32,000 nt of DNA from Candidatus Kuenenia stuttgartensis (GTDB taxonomy: Bacteria; Planctomycetota; Brocadiia; Brocadiales; Brocadiaceae): contig NZ_LT934425.1 in NCBI RefSeq assembly GCF_900232105.1, positions 3,330,001 to 3,362,000 of the forward strand, given 5' to 3'. The position numbers and the translations under genes are program-made. Shown here piece by piece: positions 16,682 through 27,815 of this stretch (position 1 is its first letter; every line of letters starts with the position of its first letter). The notes below the pieces were generated by a model. It worked only from the letters and a program-made list of their open reading frames with translations. It made no database searches and was not told the origin of the DNA.

Positions 16682-17700
16682 ATGCGGAATTTCTTGACCG
16701 TTGATGAAGAGGGATTTCCCAAGCAGAGCAAGGTTTTTGAGGGCAATGTGTCGGAGCCTGGTACCCTAAAAGATATTTTGGATGGATTAAAAAAAGAAGA
16801 CGGTATGTTTTCAAATGATAGAACGATAGTTATGGACGCAGGGATAGCAACGGAAGAGAACATTGCGCTTATCAGGAAGAGTGGCTATAAATATGTGGTC
16901 GTCTCGCGCAAGAAATCTTTTGAAGATACTTTTTGGCCTGAAACGGACGAAGAGAAGATTATGTTATCAGACGGGAAAACAACGTTGGGCATGAAATTAG
17001 TCCGTACTGAAGAAGAGGCATTCCTTTTATGCCACAGCGAGGCAAAAGAGGCAAAAGAGGCAAAAGAGAAGTCCATCCTTTCCCTGAAAGAACAAAGGTT
17101 TGAAGAGGCGCTCTCGGCAATAAAAGAAGGATTAGAGAAGCCAAAAAGACAGAAAAAATATGATACGATCATAGAGAGGATAGGCCGGTTAAAAGAACGC
17201 TACAAGGTGGGCAATTTATATACGATCAAAGTGGAACAGACGGATGGCAAAGCGACCGATATCAAATTTAAGAAAAATGCTCAGGCGCAAGCAAAGGAAG
17301 AAGCCATAGGCACGTATGTATTACGGACAAACCGACTTGATCTTAGCGGGGAAGAGATATCAAAGCTCCATAGGTCGTTGAGTACTGTTGAGGAAAGTTT
17401 TAAAACAATGAAAGGCAACCTTGGTTTACGGCCAAACTTTCACCACACAGATACCCCAACCATTGCCCACGTGCATGTCACTGTATTGGCCTATCACATA
17501 CTTGCCGGGATATTAAAAAAGCTAAGAACCGCAGGGGTTCATTATAATTGGAATACGATTCGTAATATCCTTGCCACCCATATAAGGGTAACAACGACCA
17601 TGAACACAAAGGACGGCTGCGTTATTGACGTCAGAACCTGCACAGCGCCCACGGAAAAGCAGCACACGATTTACAATAAACTACAAATTAAACATACACC
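16682..17700 (+). pseudogene. 5'-truncated IS1634/IS4-type transposase
   Basis: 'LTVDEEGFPKQSKVFEGNVSEPGTLKDILDGL...GTYVLRTNRLDLSGEEI...VEESFKTMKGNLGLRPNFHHTDTPTIAHVHVTVLAYHIL'. Confidence 0.85.
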
Positions 17701-17763
17701 ATTAGGCAGAAAAAATATAAAATCACCCATGAAAACTCAAAGATGTAGTGCCGAAAAATGAAG

Positions 17764-18145
17764 GACTAAAGTCGTATCACATTGGCAATAAAAGAGATAC
17801 GATTTCTGCTTGTCGAAGTTGGGTTAAGAATGACCTTGTGTTTACCGGTGGCGCTGGGACCAAAATTGACAGTGACAATCTCCGAAGGGCACTTGACAGG
17901 GCATTGCAGAAGGCGGGTATTAGAGACGTACTCCGCATACATTCCGGCATACCTTTGCGACGCGTTTGGCGCAAAGAGGTGTGGATATTTACAAAATAGC
18001 AAAACTGCTGGGATATAAAGATATTCGTATGACACTGCGTTATGCCCATCACTGTCCTGATAGTCTGCGGGATGGTGTTCAGATTTTATGGACTGACTAC
18101 AATTTGACTACAGTTGAGGAAAAACAAGTAGTATCAAATTCCTGA
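17764..18145 (+). pseudogene. Tyrosine recombinase/integrase catalytic-domain remnant (frameshifted)
   Basis: 'LVFTGGAGTKIDSDNLRRALDRALQKAGI', then the next frame 'HTFATRLAQRGVDIYKIAKLLGYKDIRMTLRYAHHCPDSL'. Confidence 0.85.
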
Positions 18146-18161
18146 AAACCATTGAAAATAA

Positions 18162-18237
<76 letters not shown>

Positions 18238-18659
18238 ACATAGAATAGGTGATAGTTTTTTTAGATGAAGTGTTGGTAAGTTTCAAATATCGATGAGATA
18301 AAAAGCTACCATGATACTTGCTGATTGTCAAGGTTTTTCAACAGAAATCAATGGTCTTTTCAATTGATTACGTATGAAATTCTGTTAGAATCTGAATCTG
18401 TTTTGTATCGTTGCGAAAGATGAAGAAAGGCACAGGGCTAGATTTACCCACTTGCGCCTTTTTTTAATGGGGAATACGGTACAGTTGGCAATCTGTAATC
18501 TGCAGATTGAGGATTGAGGAGGATAAAAATTATTATAAAAACCTCAACTTATTTAGAAGTTACGTTTGTTTTTATTGTCCTATCTATCCTGTGTATCCCT
18601 GTTAAAACTAAAAATTATTACTAATTTTTTTGCAATACCTCGCTTTTAAGGAGTAGCTA

Positions 18660-21161
18660 ATGGCGCAAAGGGAGTACAATTTTACCGGTATTGAAACGAA
18701 GTGGCAGGGATACTGGGAAGGCTGCGGCTTATTTTATACGGATGATACAAAGAAAAAGGACAAGTTCTATTGCCTGGTAATGTTTCCGTATCCATCCGGC
18801 ACATTGCATGTAGGACACGGCAGGAATTATATTATCGGAGACGTTGTCGCCCGGTACAAAATGATGAAGGGATACAATGTGCTTTCTCCCATCGGATGGG
18901 ATGCTTTCGGGCTGCCTGCTGAAAATGCCGCTATCAAAGGAGGTACGCATCCTGCCGCATGGACGCACAAAAATATAAAAGCCATGAAGCACCAGCTTCA
19001 CCGATGGGGAGTCGGATATGATTGGGACAGGGAAATTACGTCCTGCAATCCTGATTATTATAAATGGACGCAATGGATTTTTCTGAAACTGTATGAGAAT
19101 GACCTTGCATATAAAAAGAAGGCGGCGGTGAATTGGTGTCCCTCGTGCAGTACGGTATTGGCCAACGAGCAGGTGGTAGATGGATGCTGCGAACGGTGCG
19201 ACAGCCCTGTGCGGCAAAGGGATCTGGTGCAGTGGTTCTTTCGTATCAGCGACTATGCCCAGAAGCTTCTTGACGATCTTTCGTTGCTGGAAGGATGGCC
19301 GGAGCGGGTAAAAACAATGCAGGCGAACTGGATAGGGAGAAGCGAGGGGGTGCGCATTGATTTCCGGCTGGAAGGTTCGGGAGAGATATTGCCTTGTTTC
19401 ACCACACGGTCCGATACCCTTTATGGCGTTACTTTTGTCTCTTTGGCGCCGGAACATCCGGTAATTGAGCAACTAGTCATCGGTTCTCAGCGCGAGGGCG
19501 AGGTGATGGCGTTTGTTGAAAGAGCGAGAAACCAGGGGATGGTGGAACGTACGGCGGAAGATGCCGTAAAAGAGGGGATTTTTACCGGAATGTATGTTAT
19601 CAATCCGGTTAATAATACAAAAGTACCCCTGTGGGTAGGAAATTATGTGCTCATGGAATATGGTACGGGCGCTGTCATGGGCGTACCTGCGCATGACCAG
19701 CGGGATTTCCTTTTTGCAAAAAAATATCATTTGCCGGTTAAGGCCGTTATTCAACCGGAAGGGGAATCATTTGACGCCGAAGCGATGAAAGAGGCCTTTA
19801 CCTGTGAAGGCGTTCTGGTTAATTCTGAGGCATTTAACGGCATGCCCAATACGAGGGCAATGGTTGCGATTGCTGAGCATCTTGAAACGAAGGGGCTTGG
19901 GAAAAGGACGGTGACGTACCGGTTGCGCGACTGGCTAATATCGAGGCAGCGTTATTGGGGAACGCCTATTCCTATTATATATTGCGAGACGTGCGGAACG
20001 GTTCCTGTTCCGGAATCACAGCTTCCTGTACTTCTCCCGGAAGAAATCGAGTTTCTGCCACAAGGCATGAACCCCCTGGCAAAGATTGATTTGTTTGTCA
20101 ACACGACTTGCCCTAAATGTGCAGCGCCTGCAAAGCGCGAGGTTGATACGATGGATACTTTTGTTGATTCGAGCTGGTATTTCCTCCGATACCTTTCTCC
20201 TAAGGATAATAATCAGCCTTTCGATAAAAAAAAGGTAAATGTGTGGCTGCCGGTGGATCAGTATATTGGCGGTGTGGAACACGCCATTTTGCATCTTTTA
20301 TATTCACGGTTTATTACGAAGGCTCTTTATGATCTTGATTTCATCGGATGTAAAGAACCGTTTCACCATCTCTTTACACAGGGGATGATTATTAAGAATG
20401 GCGCGAAGATGTCGAAGTCAAAGGGGAATGTGGTAAGCCCTGATGTACTTATCGAAAAGTATGGCGCGGATACCCAGCGTCTTTACACCCTTTTTATAGG
20501 GCCGCCGCAGAAAGATGCAGAATGGAACGACCGGGGTGTGCCAGGAGCGCACCGGTTTCTGAACCGGCTCTGGCAAAAGGTTATAGAATTTGAAGAGAGT
20601 TATGCAAAGGTTGGGCGCACACAAATTGACATGCAAAAACTTCCCCCGAAGGCAAAGGCAATTTACCGTCAAACGAATCAGACGATTAAAAAGATTACGG
20701 ATGATTTAGACACTTCGTGGCATTTTAACACGGCGATTGCCTCGATTATGGAATTACTAAATAATATTGATTCATTTAAGGTTGTTGCGCCTCGCAATAC
20801 GGAAGAAGAATTGGAGTTCCGGGTTTTTAGGTATTCTATGGAAACGATTCTATTGCTCATGGCCCCGTTTGTTCCTCATATTTGTGAAGAATTATGGGAG
20901 GCGATGGGGCATAAACCCAGTATCTTCAATAATAAATGGCCAGAATACGACAAGGATGCGATTCAGGAAGAAGAGGTTGAGATTGTTATTCAGGTCAATA
21001 GTAAGGTAAGAAGCCACATTTCTGTACCGGTGGATATCAGCGATGAAAATTTAAAAGAACGTGTAATGATAGACGAAAGTGTTATTTTATGCATGAAAGG
21101 AAAGACAGAGGTCAAGACCATTATTATTCCCAAAAAACTGGTGAATATTGTGGTGAAATAG
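18660..21161 (+). CDS. leuS: Leucyl-tRNA synthetase
   Basis: 833 aa; 'FPYPSGTLHVGHGRNYIIGDVVARY' (HIGH-type), 'KMSKSKGNVVSPD' (KMSKS), editing domain present. Confidence 0.98.
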   Translation: MAQREYNFTGIETKWQGYWEGCGLFYTDDTKKKDKFYCLVMFPYPSGTLHVGHGRNYIIGDVVARYKMMKGYNVLSPIGWDAFGLPAENAAIKGGTHPAAWTHKNIKAMKHQLHRWGVGYDWDREITSCNPDYYKWTQWIFLKLYENDLAYKKKAAVNWCPSCSTVLANEQVVDGCCERCDSPVRQRDLVQWFFRISDYAQKLLDDLSLLEGWPERVKTMQANWIGRSEGVRIDFRLEGSGEILPCFTTRSDTLYGVTFVSLAPEHPVIEQLVIGSQREGEVMAFVERARNQGMVERTAEDAVKEGIFTGMYVINPVNNTKVPLWVGNYVLMEYGTGAVMGVPAHDQRDFLFAKKYHLPVKAVIQPEGESFDAEAMKEAFTCEGVLVNSEAFNGMPNTRAMVAIAEHLETKGLGKRTVTYRLRDWLISRQRYWGTPIPIIYCETCGTVPVPESQLPVLLPEEIEFLPQGMNPLAKIDLFVNTTCPKCAAPAKREVDTMDTFVDSSWYFLRYLSPKDNNQPFDKKKVNVWLPVDQYIGGVEHAILHLLYSRFITKALYDLDFIGCKEPFHHLFTQGMIIKNGAKMSKSKGNVVSPDVLIEKYGADTQRLYTLFIGPPQKDAEWNDRGVPGAHRFLNRLWQKVIEFEESYAKVGRTQIDMQKLPPKAKAIYRQTNQTIKKITDDLDTSWHFNTAIASIMELLNNIDSFKVVAPRNTEEELEFRVFRYSMETILLLMAPFVPHICEELWEAMGHKPSIFNNKWPEYDKDAIQEEEVEIVIQVNSKVRSHISVPVDISDENLKERVMIDESVILCMKGKTEVKTIIIPKKLVNIVVK

Positions 21162-21262
21162 GAAGTAGTTGTTGATACCGTGGATTCCTGAATGTAGCGC
21201 GAAGTACAACTTCGCTCTATCTCAAAAAAAACGCCGAAGGCTTAACTCCATTCTCGTTCTCA

Positions 21263-21292
21263 AGTAGCGGCAAGGCATGCCTTGTCGCTACT
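21263..21292. repeat. GTAG...CTAC palindrome (REP-like)
   Basis: AGTAGCGGCAAGGCATGCCTTGTCGCTACT, one mismatched pair. Confidence 0.85.
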
Positions 21293-21406
21293 CGGGGGCA
21301 CACATGTCCTGGAAGCTCCTGCTTCCATTTAATAAGAAATATTGGGATCAAAAGACGCTTTCAAATATTTTGTAACGGTGTTCCGATCTTTTTTAATATT
21401 CAAAAC

Positions 21407-21434
21407 GTAGAGACGCACGGCCGTGCGTCTCTAC
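21407..21434. repeat. Perfect 28-bp GTAG...CTAC palindrome
   Basis: GTAGAGACGCACGGCCGTGCGTCTCTAC. Confidence 0.95.
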
Positions 21435-21435
21435 T

Positions 21436-21897
21436 TCAGCATAGGAAACTATCCAGGAAGGTATTAATGTCTTTTCGATAGATATCCTTTCGTTTACTTG
21501 AATCCTCTATAACAATTCGTACCTTTCTGGCACCCAGTTCATAAGAGTAGGCATGTCTAAACAGATGCCTGAAGGATCGCAGGTTCTCTAATAGCGCATA
21601 GCTTTCCTGAGACATCAAAGAAGGTCTGATTCCTTCTATCGATATAGCCATGCGTTTCAATAATTCCACGTGGTATGAAGCTTTATTTGGAATATTGTTC
21701 TCGAAGGTATTTGCTACTATTTTGAAAAGATCTTCAAAAGCACAATAAAGATTGTGTAATTGATACGCGATACTTTCTATTCCTGTAGGTCTGTTTTCTT
21801 CCTGTCTTCGTTCCTCCAGTTTGGCATAGATGTTTTCTATCTCTCTTATTTGCGCATCTATATCGGCTTTCAATACTGTGAATTTTCCTTTATCCAT
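21436..21897 (-). CDS. HepT-like ribonuclease toxin family protein
   Basis: 'ESIAYQLHNLYCAFEDLFKIVANTFEN...WH..LLKRMA...ENLRSFRHLFRHAYSYEL' (RxxxxHxY-type motif); in-frame ATG at 21897. Confidence 0.75.
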   Translation of the reverse strand: MDKGKFTVLKADIDAQIREIENIYAKLEERRQEENRPTGIESIAYQLHNLYCAFEDLFKIVANTFENNIPNKASYHVELLKRMAISIEGIRPSLMSQESYALLENLRSFRHLFRHAYSYELGARKVRIVIEDSSKRKDIYRKDINTFLDSFLC

Positions 21898-22105
21898 TTC
21901 ACCCCATTCTTCTTTATTTTTTCTATCAGCCTGTGTTCCTCTAGTTGTACCACATCTAGCTGGTAGGCTGGAGGCCATTAGCCTCCAACCCCCACTCGTC
22001 GCCAGATACTTTGGACAACGTGACAAAGCATCCTTTTTAAACCATACGTCTTTCTCGTAGTCAGCGACCCCGAAGTGTTGCTCTATAACAGAGAAAAGTC
22101 AAACA

Positions 22106-23296
22106 TCATGCTTTAGCACACGCCTTAAGAAATTCTCTTTCGAATGAGAGTAACCCCATTTTAAAGAATCGGTGAACAGGGAAACGCTTGTTGTCTGTTC
22201 TCCATTTTCTTGAGAACTTGAAACATCTCAGTCTCATGCGTACCCAACAGTCTAATGAGCGATATACCTTTTGTACATTGCCCAGCCGAAAATAGTTGAC
22301 ATGCCCACGAATTACGGGGTTTAATGTATCAACGATGGCTTGCAGATTGACGCCCTGTGTACGTCTGGTGATGTCTCTGATGTTGTTCCTTCGGCAGGCT
22401 CAGGACAGGCTCTTGAGTTTGTTCAGTGATTTCGTGCTTATACCCTTATACTTGCCCTTGAAATCGTATCCGAGAAACCTGAAACCTCTTTTGAAGTTGG
22501 TGAGCTTGGTTTTATCCTCGCTCAGCTTCATTCCAAGTTTCCCTGCAATGATTTCTTTGACATAGCTGAGGGCGGCTGGGAGTTCATCTTTTGTTTTAGT
22601 CATGACAACGAAATCATCGGCGTATCGGACAAACTTATATCCAGCCTTTTCAAGTTCCTTGTCGATGATGTTACCGATAAGGTTTGCAAGCAAAGGGGAA
22701 ATTACACCTCCTTGCGGAGTGCCTTTGTTTGTCTCATGCACGATGCCGTCCTCCATGACCCCTGCCTTGAGCATGTTCTCAATACTGTTCAAAACCCATC
22801 CATCAGCAATTTTCTCACGTAAGGAGTCCATAATAAGCTTATGGGGTATGGTGTCATAGAATGCCATTATATCGGCATCAAGGACGCTGGTATACCCTTC
22901 CTGCTTATACTGTTCAAGCCGTTTGATAGCATCGTGACAGCATCTGTCAGGGCGAAATCCAAAGCTGTTATCTGAGAATCCTTTCTCAAATATTGGCTCT
23001 ATGATTTGCCTGAACGCCTGCTGTACAATCCTGTCCTTAACAATGGGAATGCCAAGAGGTCTCTTGTCATGCCTGCCTTTGGGGATGTATACCCGCAGGA
23101 CAGGCGCAGGGTTGTATATGGCAGTCTTGAGTTCCTGATGGATACTCATGATATTCACATCAAGATTGGACTCAAATTGCTTAATACTTACCCTGTCAAG
23201 ACCAGCTTTGCCTTTATTCTTCTTTACGTGTTTGAAAGCAGCATAAAGGTTTTTCAGACTAAACACCTTGTCTCTTAATGAATGATACTTAAGCAT
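22106..23296 (-). pseudogene. Group II intron reverse transcriptase/maturase, frameshifted by a short palindromic insertion
   Basis: 'KGKAGLDRVSI', 'LGIPIVKDRIVQQAF', 'FGFRP', 'GTPQGGVISPLLANL', 'VRYADDFVV'. After the disruption at ~22370-22395 it continues 'NNIRDITRRTQGVNLQAIVDTLNPVIRGHVNYF...DCWVRMRLRCF'. Confidence 0.9.
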
Positions 23297-23928
23297 CTCT
23301 CGATATATTCCTTTCGATTGATTACGGATAATAGACTTGTCAATCGTGTTTCCTGGGTACGGATTCTCCCAAACATAGGCAAAAACAAGAGAGGCTCTTG
23401 TTACTGCTTACCTACGCAAAAGAGTTTCTTTTCTCATTGAACGTATTCAATCTGCCACTTTCATCAATTCCACTACGGTTATGCCCCTTTCATTTCCGAT
23501 TCACACCGGAAACTATTATGAGCAATGCTGACGACTTCAAAGATAGACTTGTGAGAGAAGCTTGTCTATCACCATCTCATACAGCTCGGACTTCGGAATT
23601 TCCTTATACCTTGCTGTTAGGGAATTTTGCCCAAGGCGTAAGTCCTCCCCCGGTCATATGGATTACCCCTTTTCCCTTCGTGATGTATGTTCAAACGCAT
23701 TAACCAGAGATGGTTTTACTTAATCTGTTTATCCATCTCCAACAAAGGACATTGTCAGTGCTTCGCTGAGAAATGGCAGTTGGCACGGAATAACACGCCA
23801 CACTCATACACCCCAAAAGGTCGTCTGTACCTCGTAACTCCGTCATACCCCTCACGGGTATATGCTATCTTTCTACGCATACGGATTGCTCCATTGTGTG
23901 CGCATAGGCACAAACTTCTCTACGAGGA

Positions 23929-24264
23929 TTAGGCTCGCAGAGGTGGTATTTTCAACCACTCAGGTATTCCATACTTCAAGGCACACACATCTCTGCCAAT
24001 TTCTCTTGAAATGACGGACATTGCTTTAAAAAAATACTCATCCTTTAGCCCAATAAAACCAATATCAACATCAGAGTCTTTTTGAAACCTATATGGCTTC
24101 GTTATCGAACCAAAGAGATAGGCTTCTTTAATAGGTATTTCATGGCTCAGCATATCAAATGTTTTAAATAGTTTTTCTATCAACCGAAGTCGTAACTCTT
24201 CCCGTTCTTTTTTTTCTTGCTCAAGTATTCTATCAAGTAAAAATGTCGAAAATCTTTTACCCAT
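23929..24264 (-). CDS. MNT-type nucleotidyltransferase (antitoxin-like), C-terminus probably truncated by the intron insertion
   Basis: 'KEAYLFGSITKPYRFQKDSDVDIGFIGL' (GSxxx..DxD). Confidence 0.82.
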   Translation of the reverse strand: MGKRFSTFLLDRILEQEKKEREELRLRLIEKLFKTFDMLSHEIPIKEAYLFGSITKPYRFQKDSDVDIGFIGLKDEYFFKAMSVISREIGRDVCALKYGIPEWLKIPPLRA

Positions 24265-24279
24265 TTTCTATCTGTTTTG

Positions 24280-25428
24280 TTAAATAATTGTCTCAATATA
24301 CCGTTTAAACTTTTCTTTAAATATAAGGCTATCAAAGCCTTCAGCATGTTTTCGAATCGAAAGCGGATCAAATATATTTTTATTATGTTCGAAAAACCTT
24401 ACAGCCTCCAGGAGAGATTCTGTTGTTTGTTCTGTAAAAAATACCCCTGTTGGTGTTTCTGGCTGTTTTTGTTTCATTTCGGGTCTGGATTCAGAGTCAG
24501 GATAAATTCCACGTACGGTTTCCAGCACACCTCCCTTAGCATAGGCAATTACCGGTTTCCCGCATGCCTGTACCTCAAGAGGCACAATGCCAAAATCTTC
24601 CACTCCGGGAAAGATCAGTGCCTTGCAATTTCTGTAAAAATCTTTCAATACTTCTCCCGGTTGCCAGCCGAGGCACTTAATGTTATTCTTTGCCATGTTT
24701 TTAATGAGTTGCTCTTCCTGTCCCCCTCCGATAATTACAAGAGGTAATCCCAATTCCCTGAATGCCTCAATGGCAATATCAATTCTTTTGTAAGGGGCAA
24801 ATGCGGATACGATAAGATAGTAGCCGCCTTCTTCATAGGTATCCGGTGGAGTAAATAATGAACAATCCACTGGAGGATGAATTACCTTTGCGGTTCTTCG
24901 GTAATATTTTTTAATGCGGTTTGCCACATTGTACGAGTTGGCGGTAAAATAATCCACCCGGTTTGAAGACGATACATCCCACATCCTCAGATAATGGGCA
25001 AAGATATTCATTGCCGTCCTTGTCATAAATCCCTTCTTGTTTTTCCCGAAATACGTATGGTAGTGTTCCCACACATACCTCATGGGGGTGTGGCTGTAAC
25101 ATACGTGAAGCGTGGAAGGGGGGGTAATTACCCCTTTTGCGACACAATGGCTGCTGGAGATTACCATGTCGTATGCATCGACAGAGAAACTCTCTATTGC
25201 AAGTGGAAACAAGGGCAAATATGTGCGGTAGTGTGTCTTTATCAGGGGTAATTTCTGTAAAAAGGAGGTGTAGATAGTCCTGTTTTCTATTAAGGGCGAT
25301 ACTGACCCTGGAATATGGAGCAAAGTAAATATATCTGATTGCGGGAAAAGCTCACAGAGACACTCCAGTACCTTTTCCCCCCCACGCATGCCGGTGAGCC
25401 AATCGTGAACAATAGCAATTTTTTTCAT
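24280..25428 (-). CDS. Glycosyltransferase family 4 protein
   Basis: 'VHDWLTGMRGGEKVLECLCELFPQSDIFTLL...VCYSHTPMRYVWEHY...YLIVSAFAPYKRIDIAIEAF...FPGVEDFGIVPLEVQACGKPVIAY'. Confidence 0.95.
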   Translation of the reverse strand: MKKIAIVHDWLTGMRGGEKVLECLCELFPQSDIFTLLHIPGSVSPLIENRTIYTSFLQKLPLIKTHYRTYLPLFPLAIESFSVDAYDMVISSSHCVAKGVITPPSTLHVCYSHTPMRYVWEHYHTYFGKNKKGFMTRTAMNIFAHYLRMWDVSSSNRVDYFTANSYNVANRIKKYYRRTAKVIHPPVDCSLFTPPDTYEEGGYYLIVSAFAPYKRIDIAIEAFRELGLPLVIIGGGQEEQLIKNMAKNNIKCLGWQPGEVLKDFYRNCKALIFPGVEDFGIVPLEVQACGKPVIAYAKGGVLETVRGIYPDSESRPEMKQKQPETPTGVFFTEQTTESLLEAVRFFEHNKNIFDPLSIRKHAEGFDSLIFKEKFKRYIETII

Positions 25429-25613
25429 ATTATTTTACGTTCGATACTATTTTAAGAGACGTTAGTTCACCGCATAAGATGCCGGGAGTGCAGAGAAAGC
25501 GTGGTTTGAACGACTGGTTTTAGGTATCTTGAGTCCGTTGGGTCGTGAGGGTTAGTCGGGTCACCCCAACAAACCCTATAATAAATTAGGCCTTCGGCAA
25601 CTTTTTCGATGAT

Positions 25614-25663
25614 GTAGGGCGAAGTGCCACTTCGCCAGTGACGAAGCAATCGCTTCGTCCTAC
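25614..25663. repeat. Twin-hairpin REP/BIME-like element
   Basis: GTAG-GGCGAAGTGcCACTTCGCC-agt-GACGAAGCaatcGCTTCGTC-CTAC. Confidence 0.8.
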
Positions 25664-26033
25664 AACTTTAAAATTCCTATACACCCAGGCAAACTCGACC
25701 AAAGCTGGGGTCTCTGTAATTTAAAACGTTTGTTATTATATTGAAACTATCTTCATGTTTTCAATGTAATAATGACGGTTTATAGGTTGACATCTGTCAT
25801 TTTACGAGATAGTATGCTGAAAATTGAAGAGGAAAGATAAAAATATATCCCCCTTTCCGGAAAGATTTCAACAAAATCCTTATTTTAAGCGGGTTTCCAC
25901 AAATTCAAAATAATATGTAGTCGCAGAATAAATGGCCTATTTATTAATACAAATCCTTTATAACCCTATAAATACTGACTTGACAAAATATTTTATTAAT
26001 GATAGTGTAGTCAAAGAATATTGGGACTACATT

Positions 26034-27815
26034 ATGCACCTTACTTATAGCGATTCTAAATACAAAGGGAAAACCTATAAATCTTACTCTATTGCCGAAT
26101 CCTACAGGGATGGCAAAAAGGTCAGAAAAAGAATACTTTGGCCCATCGGGAAACTTTCCGATATTCAAGCCGAGCAAATCAAACTGATATGTAAAACAGT
26201 TGAAAACACAGATCAATTGCAGACTCAGCTCAAAGACGTTGCAGTCCTGGAAAGCAGGGCATATCTCGATATAGCCGTTGTTAATGAGTTGTGGAACCAG
26301 TGGCAGCTTGATCAGGCTTTTGACTACGATGTCACTGCAGGCGCCCTTCCTACCAATATGATTGCAAAGATACTGACTATTAACAGGTGCACCGATCCGT
26401 GTTCTCATTATTCCATTCCTCATTGGGCGAAAAAGAGCGCGCTGGAGGACATTCTTAAAATTGATCTTTCAGGCCTAAATGACGATAAAATCTATTATGA
26501 ATTAGATAAAATACACAAAAACAAAATATCTATAGAGAACCACCTTTTTAACCAAACCTTCTGGAAACGTCCGGAATCCTATAAATTTATCAACTACGAC
26601 CTAACTACTTCCTACTTTGTGGGATATAACTGTGATCTATCGGCATTTGGCAAGGGCAAAATAGAGTGTCATGGCAGGCGGCAGGTCTTACTGGGTGTTC
26701 TTATCAACTCTGAGGGATATCCTTTCAAATGGGATGTATTCCCCGGGAACACCGCTGAGGTAAAAACCCTCAAACAGAATATCAATGCCTGTAAAACCAG
26801 ATTCAAATTGACTGATAAAAACGTCACCCTTGTATTTGACAGAGGCATAATCTCTGAGGACAATGCCAATTTGATAGAAGAAGCCAAACTCAAATACATC
26901 TCGGCATTGGATAGAAATCAGATACCCTCTTGCGGTGTCAGTTTAAAGTCTCTTAATGGGTTATCCATAGAAGATAAGGACGCCTCCGATATACCTATCC
27001 CGCAAGGGTTTTTAAACTATGATGATGAATTATACTACCATGACAATGGCGTCATAGGAAACAAGCGTTTTATTACCGGTTTTAATCCCACTTTATTTAT
27101 AGAAGACCGCAATAATAGAGACGAGAAAATAACCTTTTTTAAGGATTATCTCAAAGAAGAGAATAAAAACCTTAAAAATGCCCAAAGAGACCGGCAATAT
27201 GACGCAACAAAGAGCCGCATTGTAGATGAGCTGAAAAGGTTAAAGATTCATAAATATTTCGAAGACCCTGTTCTGACGTCCATCACCGTTACCCATAGAC
27301 TGAAAAACGGGCAGGTCAAATCCGTCAAAAGTTTCAAAATAGAAATCAAGCTGTTAACTGATGTTATAGCCGCAGATAGATTGTTGGATGGCGTATGTGT
27401 TTTTATCACTAACCATACAGAACGGGAAGATGGAGGTGCGTTTAAAGCAAAACCCCAATCTATAGTTAGAGCCTATCGGGACAAGACAAAAATAGAAGAT
27501 GTCTTTAAAAATGTAAAATCGTTCTTAAAAATCAGGCCCTTCTTTGTCAATACCGAGGCACATGTTAAAGCCGTCTATACTATCTGCATCCTGGCATATT
27601 TTATAAACCGTTATCTATCAAACCAACGAAAGGCAATAGGAGAAAAAGATTTTTTAAACTCAAAGGAACTCTATGCGCCGTTCAAAGATATAGATATCGC
27701 CACTCTTGAGGCTAAAAATACCGGTGAAACCTTAAAGAAAGCCGTGAAACTTCCCGCCGTCACACAAATGCTATTGGAAAAACTTGGAATGTCCAATGTT
27801 GTTTTCGGCCAGTAA
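26034..27815 (+). CDS. IS1634-family transposase, apparently intact
   Basis: 'KYKGKTYKSYSIAESYRDGKKVRKRILWPIG', 'NYDLTTSYFVGY', 'VTLVFDRGIISEDNA', 'YRDKTKIEDVFKNVKSFLKIRPFFVNTEAHVKAVYTICILAYFI'. Confidence 0.92.
   Translation: MHLTYSDSKYKGKTYKSYSIAESYRDGKKVRKRILWPIGKLSDIQAEQIKLICKTVENTDQLQTQLKDVAVLESRAYLDIAVVNELWNQWQLDQAFDYDVTAGALPTNMIAKILTINRCTDPCSHYSIPHWAKKSALEDILKIDLSGLNDDKIYYELDKIHKNKISIENHLFNQTFWKRPESYKFINYDLTTSYFVGYNCDLSAFGKGKIECHGRRQVLLGVLINSEGYPFKWDVFPGNTAEVKTLKQNINACKTRFKLTDKNVTLVFDRGIISEDNANLIEEAKLKYISALDRNQIPSCGVSLKSLNGLSIEDKDASDIPIPQGFLNYDDELYYHDNGVIGNKRFITGFNPTLFIEDRNNRDEKITFFKDYLKEENKNLKNAQRDRQYDATKSRIVDELKRLKIHKYFEDPVLTSITVTHRLKNGQVKSVKSFKIEIKLLTDVIAADRLLDGVCVFITNHTEREDGGAFKAKPQSIVRAYRDKTKIEDVFKNVKSFLKIRPFFVNTEAHVKAVYTICILAYFINRYLSNQRKAIGEKDFLNSKELYAPFKDIDIATLEAKNTGETLKKAVKLPAVTQMLLEKLGMSNVVFGQ

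Noticed and set aside
18729-20860. Minus-strand ORFs within leuS
   Set aside because: leuS is intact with all signature motifs; these are shadow ORFs.
24277-25251. ORFs 24277..24747 (+), 24911..25147 (-), 24994..25251 (+)
   Set aside because: Out-of-frame or antisense to the glycosyltransferase gene 24280..25428.
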